A stretch of DNA of 62,917 nucleotides, filler included, from Reticulomyxa filosa (Eukaryota; Protista; Foraminifera): assembly GCA_000512085.1 (NCBI GenBank). It is 20 parts of 20 records of this genome, joined end to end, with 100 filler letters (N's around TTAATTAATTAA, not from the genome) between each part and the next. Parts side by side here need not be neighbours in the genome. Positions count along the whole stretch, not along the records: positions 57,034 to 62,917 come from ASPP01005236.1; 19 more parts are not named here. One strand, written 5' to 3'. The notes beneath the pieces were generated by a model, which did not search any database, was not told the origin of the DNA, and saw nothing but the letters and a program-made list of their open reading frames with translations. The position numbers and the translations under genes were made by a program. Positions 62,838 to 62,917 of this stretch are shown here, piece by piece. Every line of letters starts with the position of its first letter. Position 1 is the stretch's first letter.

Positions 62838-62917
62838 ACCTTACTAAAACTATGGATAGTTTGAACAAATAAATGCATTCACAAAATGATTTTTTTTTTT
62901 TTTTTTTTTTTTTTACA

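Noticed and set aside
1-62917. tRNA, rRNA, CRISPR arrays or intact transposases
   Set aside because: None recognised by eye; tRNAscan-SE and Infernal were not run.

Overview
This is not one continuous locus. It is 20 unrelated contigs joined by 19 identical artificial 100-nt spacers (44 N + TTAATTAATTAA + 44 N), so only within-contig neighbourhoods are meaningful. Contig 1 (1-1322) is GC-rich bacterial DNA (rsmA/ksgA plus a polar amino-acid ABC ATPase). The other 19 contigs come from an AT-rich, intron-rich eukaryote using the standard code. Its WD40, Kelch-like, caspase-like, RGS and 7TM families resemble, from memory, the expanded families of the freshwater foraminiferan Reticulomyxa filosa (Rhizaria); this is inference, not a database result. 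Recognisable genes: Patched-like fragment, WD40 protein, RING-H2 ligase with p97/CDC48-N-like repeats, large P-loop GTPase, MAP2K-like kinase, two CTL/SLC44 transporters, cytosolic carboxypeptidase, XK-like membrane protein, a 7TM gene head-to-head with an atypical G-alpha, LisH/CTLH protein, HUWE1/TOM1-type HECT ligase, TPR protein, RPL35, kinesin-2, TMEM87-like protein, Rab1-like GTPase, DUF2236/MpaB-type oxygenase, RGS protein and Kelch protein. Decayed caspase-like, sedolisin and probable LINE ORF1 copies are also present. Many genes carry single-base frameshifts at homopolymers, probably sequencing undercalls. Best leads: (i) a G-alpha whose catalytic arginine is Ser, divergently paired with a 7TM gene; (ii) an unannotated ~350-nt multi-hairpin intergenic element ending in a pre-miRNA-like stem (36151-36505); (iii) a Patched-like ectodomain; (iv) the CDC48-N-repeat/MIU/RING architecture; (v) an intronless, bacterial-like DUF2236 oxygenase.
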